DNA from: Polymyxa betae A26-41
Lineage: Eukaryota > Protista > Endomyxa: Phytomyxea
Length of the DNA stretch: 33,278 nt
Assembly: GCA_003693705.1 (NCBI GenBank)
Contig: RBZT01000757.1
Coordinates: 1 to 33,278 of the forward strand
Reading direction: 5' to 3'
Positions 11,404 to 25,136 of the stretch are shown in pieces; position 1 is the stretch's first letter, and each line of letters begins with the position of its first letter. The notes beneath the pieces were generated by a model. The model did not search any database. It saw only the letters and a program-made list of their open reading frames with translations, and had not been told where the DNA came from. A program made the translations under genes and the position numbers.

Positions 11404-11730
11404 ATGGCTACGGAATCGGATCCTACCAAGAACGGCAACGTCGAGGAGCTTGATCTGCTCGAGGAAGATGATGAATTTGAGGAGTTCGTCGCTGAAAGTG
11501 AGTAGAACGACACTGGGCCTTGTTTGATGCTCATCCAAATATATAGCGTGGGCGTCGCCTGAAGAAGACGAGGAAGACGAGTCGCTTTGGGAAGACAACT
11601 GGGACGATGACAACGTCAACGACGACTTCATCGATCAGCTTCGTGAGCAGCTGCGGCGAGTTGACCGTAAGTTGTTGCTGATTATCCTCATGGTTCTCAA
11701 CTTATATCCCTCTTAGAGATGAAAGCTTAG
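11404..11730 (+). CDS. SEM1: DSS1/SEM1 (26S proteasome lid, BRCA2 and TREX-2 cofactor), 3 exons
   Basis: Introns 11498-11546 and 11667-11716 give [85 protein letters not shown] and [14 protein letters not shown] are diagnostic. Confidence 0.96.
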
Positions 11731-12465
11731 TGTTAACCGTTATTAAGCAATACAGCCTAAAAAAATCTTCAAATATGATTTCATTACAGTTGATGATCTC
11801 CTTTTGATGTTTGCAGAGGAGACTTCTTACGTTGCTATTTGTTTATTCCTGCCGGCTAACTAGCAGCTTTTTCAGGCTTATGGATTTGTTAATGTTGAGA
11901 ACAAAACAATATTTTATCAAGCTTGACTCATGACTGGTGATTTCTCAGTGTTATCAAAACACTCACATGGCATTTTTTGGTTTATACTTTGGAATTTTGC
12001 TCTTTGAGGTTGAAAATCGTGTCGGCCGACCATGATTTCGGAAAAGATTTTCTAGCGATCATTTTATTATTTTATAAAAAAAGAGTCACAATGAAGTACA
12101 AAATTGTGGCATCTCGAAATCACCATTCAAAAATGATATCGATTATGAGATAAAAGTCTGACTAAAAGCCAAAACCGTAATATGAACTTGATTGGCAGAA
12201 CTCGACCATATCGGTGTTGCTGATATAAGCTTGAATTTATCAAATGAATCAGCGCAAAGCTAATGTTGTAACGTTCGATCTTTTAGTGTAGCGTTGCTTA
12301 AATTCGAGATTTGGAGAGATAGGTGATCCGAAGCATCTTCATGCTGTTATCATTTCGAGATGAGAATCTTAAAAAAAAGAATGTCACGCAAAATACTGTT
12401 TTCGAATCTGTAAAGCGAAATTATCGAGTCGACAGAACAAGATTTGAGGCCGCATCATTGATGAG

Positions 12466-14062
12466 ATGAATGGCGGAAGCCCGCTTCTAGGTGGAATCGA
12501 TATCGCTCGACATGATGACAGGCGATGTATTGCTGTTTGGCAGCACATTAGGCTCCGAGATCCAGCCAAACTGCATGATATCGTTAAGCAATTACTGGTC
12601 CCGACCCCCGTCGTATTCCGGCACGAAGGGGAATCGCCACATCTCTCTGTGTACTGTACTATAAAGAATTGCTTCTCACTTTCCACCGTTTCGGTTTTTA
12701 ATCAGCTTTGTGTACCCTCCTGGATTGATAGTTTTACGTGTTTTATTGTTTTCTGGTGAAAGATTTGTTATAAACGTTTGCATTGAAAGTCGTACAGTTT
12801 GCCGCGAATCTGCTCACTGGATAACGATTTACAATGTCGATGGCTTTCGCTGATGCACCTACCTGGACTGTCATCGAATCAGGTGCTGCTATTGCCCGAA
12901 ATTTCAATGTGCTGCTAAGGCTTCGCTTAGGTCAAAAATGTGGTATCATCTATGGGGCCTCATGTCTCTGTTCCTGTCACATCGCTCATACTGGAAAGCT
13001 TAGCTCGGCAACATCGTATTCCATACATATCGAGCTGTTTCGATACTTTAGCGAATCCGGTCGCGACTTCTTTTCCATCTCATTGTGGCGATGATGACCA
13101 AGCAACATCAAGGAACGAATCTGTAGTCAACGAAGTTCCTGAAATGGAAACTGAAACATTGAACGCCAATCATCTCCCGATGTCTCAAGAAGACAAGTTG
13201 CTTTCATTGCCAACCGATTTCGAAGATCATCTTGATGCTCTTCTGGCGTTTTTGGAGGACGTAACGTCACCACAGCCGTTTATTGAATGGCTTCAAAGTA
13301 GCCCTAATGATGTCGCCAGTATTGTTTTCCAGCGAATTGATTTAAGATCGCGACCCATGTCGTCTGTGGATGTATTTGTGAGAGCTTTTGCTGATGTCTC
13401 TGTTCGGTATGATTTGCTATGCCTCTTTTACCAATCTTGCTTGGTTCCCCTTCTGGCATCGCTTGAAACTCCTGTGCGTTTGCTTTGTTGATGCAAAAAC
13501 CGACTTATTTACCTCTCTTTGATAGGCGTCGCGACAGCTGTTCACATTGCTACAAGATCTGGCAGCTTCTCATCCGCGAGCGCTCCTGCATGGCCTGATG
13601 TGCCCTTTGTTGCAGCTACCGTTAAAGAATCCACAAGTTGAGCTTTTCAATCGAATCGGAAAAGAGCCTTTATCATCTAGCGATCGCCTGATTATCATTC
13701 AGCATTGTGTCGAGCTACGAGCGTGGTCTGATGAGATCATCAAAATTGCTCAAAGTCTGCTTTCCTATGGTGTCGGCTTTATAACCGATTCAACCGCTGC
13801 TGCTTTGATCTCTAAGATTCATCTGGTGTCAGCAGATCCAGAATTGAGCAAATCGGCGAAATTCCCAGGTCTATTTTGTCGCTGTGCCTTATCTTTTTGT
13901 CTGATTTTGGGCTAAACAGGATTGATAATAACATTAGCGGGTAAATATACAGCAAATTTCATTCAATGGAAAACAGCTTTACTAAATGCCTGCGAACTGC
14001 TACCCAGCTTCATGAAGAAGGTCGCCGTTAAATCTGTGCAAAACATGGCTGTGGCAAATTAA
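12466..14062 (+). CDS. FANCE: Fanconi anemia group E (FANCE)-like helical protein; multi-exon, start position uncertain
   Basis: The spliced C-terminal region LASLETP|ASRQLFTLL..HPRALLHGLMCPLL..PQVELFNRI..WSDEIIKIAQSLL..LSKSAKFP|GLIITLAGKY..SFMKK parallels the FANCE C-terminal domain as recalled. N-terminal PVV..LPRIC also resembles human FANCE. Stop TAA at 14060-14062. Confidence 0.75.
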
Positions 14063-14711
14063 CTATCAGCTATTATTGCTTCTTCTCAACGGGGCATGGT
14101 AAGAGCTGACTGGATTGGTATTCGCACGGTTCTACTGCAAGCAGCAGAGGGCTTGTTAAAGACCGTTGAAATTCAGAATAACGCGAAATAGCCCTCATGG
14201 CGATATCAAAATCAATTCAATGTTCTGATGAATACAATGTAATAAATTCACTTCACTTGTAGTGATTAGTATCTCCCAATCGAGTTGTGAGAGGGATCGA
14301 GACAGTCGTATACCAGAATAACTCACAGCTACAGGGCTCATGCATAGATTCGGCTCAATACAGTAGCTCGCTTATAGACAGCCAGCCATACAAACGTTAT
14401 ATTTGACGTTAAGATGGCCCGATCGTGAATTTCACTGCTAGGTAGCTCGTTTGTCCATAGCACATTATGCTTGGATTACGATGTTTATCATCGATCGAAA
14501 CATAGAGAGATGTTTCAGACCGGAGACAGAGACTTCAAAGCCCATTCAGTCTTGGGAGTTGTAGATCCTCCTATAGAAATATGCTTGCCTTTAGAGGCTA
14601 CTGATGGGTTTCCATCTGGTCCATGATAGGGCGTGGAGACTGGAGGGGAAGTGGATGTAATGAGCTTCAGACATGACTGCGTGGCCATGAGGCTGCCGTC
14701 GTCGTTACATA

Positions 14712-17270
14712 ATGGCCTGGAGTCAGCTCAGATTCTGTTATCGTCGTCTATCAATATGTAGACAGAGTGATAATCAGCTGTCATATGAGATCAAGCGGCT
14801 TGTCGGGGAACGCCCGACGCCGCCGGCCGTGAAGATTCTGCTTCAGCAGGTATCAGAGCGAATCGACTCCTTCAGGCCGAAAGCTTGTGCGGCGGTGTTG
14901 CATTCTGTTTCTAAACTTTCATCGTCAGATGCTAACAATACAGCTCAAGTGCTGATTGATCGTTTCCGACGCTTGTGCCAGCAGAAGTCTAATTTCACTG
15001 CCACCGATCTTGCGATTGCCTGCAATGGTCTGTCTCGTATGCGATCACTGGAATCACACATGGCATTATCTTTAGCTGCAAATCGAGCTTCTCAGATTAC
15101 GAACTCCTTTTCGAAATCTGAACTTATCATCTGCTTACGCTCGTTCATTCGGTCAAAGATTCAGATCGAGCAAGAAGCATTGACGGCTTTGAATGCACGT
15201 ATTCTAGAGCTTATTGAACAGTTCTCAATGAGCGATTTAGTTACTGTTGTTATTTTTTGCTCTCGCCATTCCGAGACGAGCGCATCATCCGCAAACGCTA
15301 TGAAGCGAATTGCTGCTTTACCAGCTAAGCTCGACCCCATTAACATTGCAGCTATTGTTAATGCTGTACCAAGAGATATGATTCCAATAGATATATTGAG
15401 AGTATTTGAAAGCAGGGCCCTAAAACTAGCACATCGTACGGACCCTCCCGCTTTGCCAATCCTGCTTCAGTTTTTTGCAAGCTGTGATCCCGCAGAACAC
15501 CACACACTAATTAAAGCTTTGATGCGTCGCTCATGTGTAATTATCAATCGATTCAACCAACAGGATATATCTATGGTCATGCGAAGCACCTCGTTTTGCT
15601 CACATTATGATCTACGTACGTTTGCTCGTCGCGCCAATAGCATTATCGGTGAATTTGACCCCATCGGCCTGTCGAATGTTATTAAAGGCATCGCTCAGCT
15701 CCCTCCTGATGAAGAGGAAAATCGAATATTAGTGATGGATATATTGTCTCAAATCGATAAGATTTTCCCGCGTTGTTCTGCAAAGGAATTAAGTCTGTTA
15801 ACACATTCTGTCTCCCATTTGGAAATGGCACTGGATGACCCATTGAAGTTAAAACTTGCTGATCAGATCTCTGCGAAATTACAAGATATGAACTCAACTG
15901 ATCTTTCGTTTATCGCACGATCGTCTGCTTCAATAGGTCTTGATCCTGAGATCATTCACCAAATCCTGTCTCGAACCGCTCAAAATTGCGCATCTTTGAA
16001 CGAATCTGATGTAAGCGATCTATTTCGTTGCGATTCTCTTGCATAAACCTTTGTCTGCAGATATTGAATATACTTTGGGTTATACCTCGCTGGAAGTTAG
16101 AACTGGAAGCAAGCCACTTGATGGCAATTGCCAAGCGAACCAAAGAAATTCTCGAGACGGCCCGGGTCCGTCCCAAAACTCTAGCATACTGTGCACATGC
16201 TATGGTGGAGAGCAATTTATTCTCACAAATCATCCCTCACGAACTTATCTTGAAGCTTTCAGCGCAGTTGGCTGCAGAGTTCCAATCAGGCGAGCTTGTT
16301 CTACTTTTGTCGTCATTGTACAAACTGAAGCCTGAGCCTGAATCTTATTCGAGCTTATGCTGTCGGCTCAAACAATTATTGCATGGAATGGAAGCCGAAA
16401 AGCTTGTATCCGCATTTTGGAGTCTCGTCTCAGCGCGCTTTGATGCTGGAGGGGTCTTCCAAGACATGCTTGAATGCATTTCTCCCTGTATCCCCGATTT
16501 ATCGGCCAAAGGTCTAACCAAGCTTTTGTGGGCTGGGTCCTGGTCGCAAGTCGAGAACTTTGAGGCGATCAGCGACGCTGCTGTCGATACATGGATAAGA
16601 AGAGATGATTTAAAAAATCAGTCTCAACTCTGTAGCGCTGTTTTGTTCGCGTTGGCCATCACCGATTCAACCCACATTTCTAATAATCATATTCGGGACT
16701 TGTGGTCTCGAACGCTGACTGGATTCGAGCGCGATTACGCTTGCTGTAATCCTGTTGATCAGCGTAATTCCTGGTTAAGCAAGCTATGGCTGGCTTTTCA
16801 ATGGTGTAATCTCAGATTTCCTAATGTAATGGGCTCCTTGGATTTGGAAAAATCTCAGAGGCTCGTATCCATAATGGTCAGTTAGCTCAGACAAAGAATT
16901 CGAACGACTGACAAATCCTTAGAGGAACGCAATGCTGTCGGAATCTCCCAGATTGGAAAGTGATGACCAGCATCTGCAGCATGAGATTGCAGATGCTATT
17001 AGAAACGCAATCGGAAAGGATAAAGTCCAGTTTGAGCACCAATGTCCATCTACGAGGTATCTGATAGACATCGTAATCGACGGTAGGTTAGCATTAGAGG
17101 TTGATGGATCATCACATTATTTCGGCAACCGACTGAACGGCCCAAGTAAACTCAAGACACTATTGCTGAGACAAGCTGGATGGAAAGTGATTCGAATCTC
17201 AACCCGAGAGTGGATCAATGCTGCTGGCGATCAGGTTGATCTAATCAAGAAAATTCTTAATAAGAGATGA
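14712..17270 (+). CDS. Helical-repeat (OPR/HPR/FASTK-like) RNA-binding protein with C-terminal RAP domain, probably mitochondrial (3 exons)
   Basis: Intron 16011-16060 and a second near 16877-16922 join ORFs 14712, 16028 and 16932. There are 36-38-aa repeats (FTATDLAIAC, FSKSELII, FSMSDLV, FNQQDISMV, FDPIGLSNV, CSAKELSLL, LSAKGLTKLLWA). RAP motif YLIDI..ALEVDGSSHY..LKTLLLRQAGWKVIRISTREW. The Arg/Ser-rich N-terminus resembles a transit peptide. Confidence 0.88.
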
Positions 17271-17291
17271 TGATTAAAACTTTGCAATCAT

Positions 17292-17848
17292 TTATTGAGC
17301 ACCGGCGACTCCAGCGAGTTTCTTGTTAACATCGACAAGAATCTGAGCGATCGCTTTTTCTTTGGGATCAGTCGCCGATGCCAATGCGGCCTCAGCTTCT
17401 TTTAGGTTGTTCTGGATCGCAGTCGGATCAAGATCTTCTACAGGAACAGCTTCGGCGGCGGATATATCAGTCACCGAATTAGCATGGACGAAAGCGAAAC
17501 CTCCTGATACGAAGTACTTGGCCTTCTTATCATTTCCATAATCAACCTGGCAAGCTAACTTAGAAAACGAGTTCGGCATTGTGAAGATCACTCTACCGTG
17601 ACGACGCCTGGTTGCAATTCAGTGACGACAGGAACGTGACCGGCCAAAACACCGAATTCTCCTTCGACGCCTGGAATGGTGACGATGTGGACCTCTTCGT
17701 TCTTGACGATGGCTTGGTATGGAACACAGAAGTTCAGCTTCAGCTTGGCGGCGGCGCCGGCCTTAGCAGCATCTTCAGCAGCGGCCCGCAAGGCAGTGCT
17801 TTGGCGGAAGCCACGCGACCACAACCGGGAGCGAATAGTGGCAAGCAT
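17292..17848 (-). CDS. ATP5F1D: Mitochondrial F1 ATP synthase delta subunit (2 exons)
   Basis: Transit peptide [15 protein letters not shown], then [29 protein letters not shown]|[27 protein letters not shown]. Intron 17547-17596. Confidence 0.96.
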
Positions 17849-18230
17849 TTAGCTAATTGATTCTGCTTTATGTTGGAAGAAATGTCAGAGAGGTGAGGGA
17901 ACCTCTTATAAAAAATTCCGTGATGTTAATCTTACACAGAAGAAGCTCAAAATCAAAGTTCATGGTCTGCCATGCTTTGCAAAACTGTAAGCTGTACTTC
18001 AGAGACATCGTAGATTGTGAGAGCAGGTGGGCTAATCGAATCGATTATAGAAAGCCAGGTTAGACTTTGTTATTGGTTTTGCTCAACTTCTGAGGTCAAG
18101 ATGCGAGTTTCTGACTGACTGGATTTCAAGTCGACATATTCTAATGCTACAAAGAGTCACACTGATGCTATGATGCACATTGGAAAGCTTCTTTGTTGTT
18201 ACGGCAGATAAAACGAAGTTGTTTTTCTCC

Positions 18231-18319
18231 AACTGCATCAATCGTTAACTGCATTAATTTTTAACTGCATCCATGTTCAGCATCATCAATCTTTAACTGC
18301 ATCAATCTTCAACAGCATT
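18231..18319. repeat. Minisatellite, 16-bp unit (consensus aactgcatcaatcttt), ~5.5 copies
   Basis: Units start at 18231, 18247, 18263, 18279, 18295 and 18311. Confidence 0.85.
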
Positions 18320-18800
18320 GGAGGGTTTGCTGCAGCAGAAAATTTTAGTGACGACGGGAATTAGCAAGCATACACTGCTTGGGAAGACTTTGATTGATTA
18401 TAGTAATTTTCTTGAAACATTCCGTGAATGACCGAAGATGCGATTTTGACAGGCATTTTATTAGCAAGGCGAAATCTTTGGTCGAAAAATGCCCACCAAA
18501 CAGTACGATCTTTACTCTGTGTATTGAGATTGGCTAAAGGGACGGAAAGGCGCCCATGGGCAGTCCTGGGTGGCCATGGAATCGGCCAGGCCTACCCAGA
18601 GCCCAGAGAAGATTCTCGGTCAAGAGGGCTCAGATTTGGCCTAGCAAAATGTCCGGGTCCCAGGACCGGGATGGGTCAGCATGACATGACCCTGGCTCGT
18701 AGTGCGTCAAGTCGATATTCTCCAACTCCGCTCGGTCTCCGGTTCTGTGCGTCAGCTTCCTTTAATCGCCGCCGTTTGGTTACGAAACGAGACTCCATCC

Positions 18801-19595
18801 ATGGTCGCTACACGTCCCTGTCCCGCCTGCGGTAATCACGACGGCCGTACCTGCCCCTGGTGTGCCAAGACCGGGCGCGTCATGATCCCCGTCCCCATCC
18901 AGTTCCAGAAGGTCGTTTGTTGCGGGTTCTCTGCGCAGCCGTCCTTCTTCGATGGCATGCTGAAGACCGACGTGGTCCGAACCCTGTTCGCCTATGTGCA
19001 TGGCGCATGGCGTTCCATCACCTGCGAGTACCTTGTCGACCCTCAACGTGGCTACCAATGTGAGCATTGCTGGATCTCGTACCAGTTCGTCGAGACCCAG
19101 AAAGCTGCCTGGATCAATCTGTTCAAGCGCACCGCCCTATCGAAGACGGCTTCCGCCGCTGACGACCATCCTATACAGCCGCCTACGCCTAATGAGCCGG
19201 AGTCGGCCTGCTCGTCGCCGAATGGCCATGCTGATGTCCCGTTCTTGGAGTCAGCGTTATCGAAGCCGCCGGTTGCCCGTAATGCCGACTTCAAGCGACG
19301 TATCTCTGAGATTGTTAGCAAGAAAGAAGTTCGTATGATCAAGAAAAGCAGACAGCGTCTGCCGCAAGCCGCTGTCGCCATCATGCAAGAGTGGTTTATG
19401 GAGCATCTTCGTCGACCATACCCGAATGATGCTGAGAAGATCGAACTGGCTAAGCGCACTGATCTGTCGGTTGCTCAAGTTATTAATTGGTTTACAAACA
19501 CAAGAAAGAGGGTCTGGCTGCCTAGCAAAGCTGAAAGCGAAGCCAACAAAAAAAGGAGGTGTCTTGAACCTTCATTACTTTCTCTATCGACATAA
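18801..19595 (+). CDS. TALE-class homeodomain transcription factor with N-terminal Cys-rich (CxxC) region
   Basis: Homeodomain KKSRQRLPQAAVAIMQEWFMEHLRRPYPNDAEKIELAKRTDLSVAQVINWFTNTRKRVW carries the TALE loop with PYP. First ATG at 18801. Possible in-frame 54-nt intron 18912-18965. C-terminal NLS-like KKRR. Confidence 0.9.
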   Translation: MVATRPCPACGNHDGRTCPWCAKTGRVMIPVPIQFQKVVCCGFSAQPSFFDGMLKTDVVRTLFAYVHGAWRSITCEYLVDPQRGYQCEHCWISYQFVETQKAAWINLFKRTALSKTASAADDHPIQPPTPNEPESACSSPNGHADVPFLESALSKPPVARNADFKRRISEIVSKKEVRMIKKSRQRLPQAAVAIMQEWFMEHLRRPYPNDAEKIELAKRTDLSVAQVINWFTNTRKRVWLPSKAESEANKKRRCLEPSLLSLST

Positions 19596-19639
19596 ATATT
19601 CCTTAATATTCGCGTTATACTGTTATTATATGATGCTAT

Positions 19640-22106
<2,467 letters not shown>

Positions 22107-22356
22107 CGCGTTTAACGCAACATGTTACATTTAGCCGTACCCGAGCCGATCCTCCAGCCCGATATCTTTCATGACGAAGGCTGGAAAACCTCGCGTTTGC
22201 ATGTAGAATTAAGCAGAGACGGCCCTCAGAGAGCAGAGAGACAGATATCGAAAACATGCGATAGCAGAATGAAGGGAGTGGGGAGGCCCTCCTGGCGATG
22301 TATTCGAGCACGGGGTTCCCGTCATCATTCGTTACATTACCTCTTTACATACCTTC

Positions 22357-22968
22357 ATGTCATCTCTATTCAGATCTCAATTTGGCCTTTCTCTAAGAGT
22401 CAGGTCGTTCTCGGCTAAAGCCCGGGTCTCGGTCGTCGTTGTGAAAGATTTCCCACAGCTAGGATATGCAGGCGAGGTCCGCCACGTTCGAGCCGGCTAT
22501 GCCCGAAACTATTTGATCCCGCAGGGGATTGCTCTGTATGGGACGCGCGTCAATGTGCAACGGCACGCTATTAAGGGCGATGACGAACGCCTGGAGAGAA
22601 TCCGCAACCAGCGCCAGATTGAACATGCAAGGAAAAGGATATCGCAAATCCAGCTTGACTTCAAGTGAGGCCTGATGTTGCCTTACATGTCATCAACACT
22701 GAGCTATTTTACAGGCGCCGCGTCAATGAGAATAAGAACCTATATGGCTCGGTTACTGGTAAAAAGTTGCAACTGTTATTCCTTTAATTTACATTTTGTT
22801 GTAGCTAACGAAATCACAAATTTGCTGTTTGAAAAGTATAATATCGACATCAGCCCGGATAAAGTCCAGATGGAACCCGTTCGAAAACCTGGTGTGCATA
22901 AAGTGTCCATTGAAATCGAGAATGGTGAAACAGCACCTCTTACCGTCAATGTCATGCCTGTTGAATAG
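22357..22968 (+). CDS. MRPL9: Mitochondrial ribosomal protein bL9 (3 exons)
   Basis: Transit-like [20 protein letters not shown]9 N-domain [30 protein letters not shown], and spliced C-domain NLYGSVT|[16 protein letters not shown]. Confidence 0.92.
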
Positions 22969-23099
22969 AAATGTGCTGGCAATACATCTCCTTTCACCTA
23001 GTTGAGATTACATTTGGTTTAGTTAGATAATTTTGGAGCAGGTTTCAGTCTATTGAAATTGAGCAATGCTAAAGCCGCTTAACAACTTTCATTAACTAT

Positions 23100-24800
23100 C
23101 GCCTCAACGATTGAGCAGTATCGAGCAACCGGGTTTCAATCGCTCCAGCACCATCTGTTTTTATCTTCTAATCCGTTACAAGGTGTTTTTAAAAACTGAG
23201 AAGCTCATTCCGAGGTTTTATGTCGTCGTCCTCGAAAAAACCTGCATCCCAAAAAGTCGTGTAGGTAATAAGATAGCGAAAACTGTTGAAGCATTTTTTT
23301 CCAAAAGAAATAGAGTAATAGACTACACAAATTCATTTAAAGTTCAAAAAGTCCCATCAGTTTATGAACAGTTTAGCCCATTTTCCTCTGGAGAGATTTC
23401 TCATAGTTGCAATATCGTATTTGGTAAAGTAAAACAAGATCACTCTCGCATGACATTCAGGAAAAGGTATAATATTGGAGCTTACGAGATGTCCAAAGGA
23501 TGATATCAAATTTGTTTCAGAGAACTTCAGTAAACGATCTCAGAATAACAATATTTGTTTGCCTTCGTGCAGCTTGATCCTGAACCGAAAAATATAGCAA
23601 TAAAGCATCATCCCATTAAACTGCTTCTTTAAGGAAGATCTTGAAAGCTCAGCAGATACTGCCTTTTGAAGAAGACGAAATGCTATTCAGCTGCGTGATA
23701 GCATGTTGTACAAACTAGCTAGCAAGCAGAACTGACTTTTTCAACCAACACCCAATAATCTGGTAATTTTTACAATCGATTCCGCCCACCAGGAATCTAT
23801 GGAAAATGATTCATTGCTCTTCAAAATCCTAATCTGAGAGAAGCACTGCATCGGGATTTCATGACACCCTCTGCACTAGTACCGTTTGTATCACGTTCAT
23901 CCTTCACATCACGATAACTGCTGTTATTTAATATTGGACGAGCTTACTATGAGACCATGCTCATTGACAGTTTAATTTTCCAATTTACAACGACAGCGCT
24001 AGTCATACAGTCCATTGCTGGTTTGAGATGGGATAGATCGTTCGTTATTCGAGTATTTCATCAATCTCCTTCGATGCGGGCTTCAACTAAATCGATTTTG
24101 TTGACGCAGAGCTCATTGCAGCATTCGGTCTGCTTGATAAAATCCAAGCTCATTGCTTATTCAAAACTATTTTATTGACACAGAACTCATTGCAACATCT
24201 AACAGCTCCTCAGCTTTCGCCAATGTGTCTTTCTTCGTCGGGTACATGTAGATCCTCGGCTGGCAGTGACTTTCTGGATTATGCAGGGCGACTTTGAATC
24301 CTCGAGTTTCACCCTTCAGATATTCGATGGCCATATTGACAGCGCTGGGTTTCGAATCGGATGTCGCCAGATGTAATCCATGAGACCATATTTGAAAAAC
24401 AGCTGAGTTCACCAGATCATCCCAGGCTGGACGAATCTCGATGCTGTTAAACGCGTCGAATATCTTTACTGATAGAGGCCACCGATGTTGCTTGGAGCGG
24501 CAAAGAAACGATTGGACGAAATCGACGATCACTCGGGCCTGGCTTCCAACTGGTTGCTGATGTGTGCAGTTAAAGACCTTTTCAGATGGGGTACTATTCA
24601 TTTTAACTATCTATGAGAATGAGTAGAAGACAGATGTAAGTACAGTTCTTATAGAAGGTTGGAGTCAAGAGACATCAACATTTAGAGCGAAGCTAGTTTC
24701 CGACTACGGAACCAAAAATCATAATCCATCAATGATTCTTTCAATCTGCTGACCATGCGAACACATCGACGCATTTAGGCCGAATGTGCTGAGATCAAGC
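23100..24800 (-). pseudogene. Unidentified, probably degenerate coding sequence; longest piece is ORF 24167..24601
   Basis: A ~2-kb gap in an otherwise gene-dense region contains a 144-aa ATG ORF of globular-looking composition, followed by short interrupted frames that I could not splice coherently. Confidence 0.25.
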
Positions 24801-25136
24801 TAGAACGGAAACCTTAAAATTTCAATGTAAAAAGCAAAATTTTCAATGAAAAAAGTGGTCAGCTCCAAAGACTTCGGACCGGTGCATTGCCATTTTATAA
24901 GGCAGCTCTCAGTAGAAGTAATCAATTGGAAAACCAGGCTTCTGCCAAACACCCGTTTAACTTGATACAAATGCACATAGATACTCTTGTAGCTGCTAAG
25001 GATGACTATACAGATGAGCAGAGTGAGTAAAGAAGCGACTATAGAGCAGGTAACAATAAACAATGAGAGGAGTGAACCCGCAGTTTGAATTCTTCATTTG
25101 TTGTGTTTGCCGCCCTATCAGGTTATCGCGCCCATT

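Noticed and set aside
11398-11631. Ser-rich minus-strand ORF
   Set aside because: Antisense shadow of the acidic SEM1 exons.
14063-14711. Possible tRNA or snoRNA in the FANCE-RAP intergenic region
   Set aside because: No cloverleaf, T-loop consensus or paired C/D boxes found by eye; an Rfam scan would be needed.
16011-16060. Overlap of ORFs 14712..16046 and 16028..16885 as a programmed frameshift or two genes
   Set aside because: A canonical 50-nt GTAAGC...TGCAG intron joins them in frame.
18428-18835. 135-aa ATG ORF upstream of and overlapping the homeobox start
   Set aside because: It has no domain, lies in a GC-rich stop-poor patch, and is out of frame with the homeodomain. It could be a uORF but this is unsupported.
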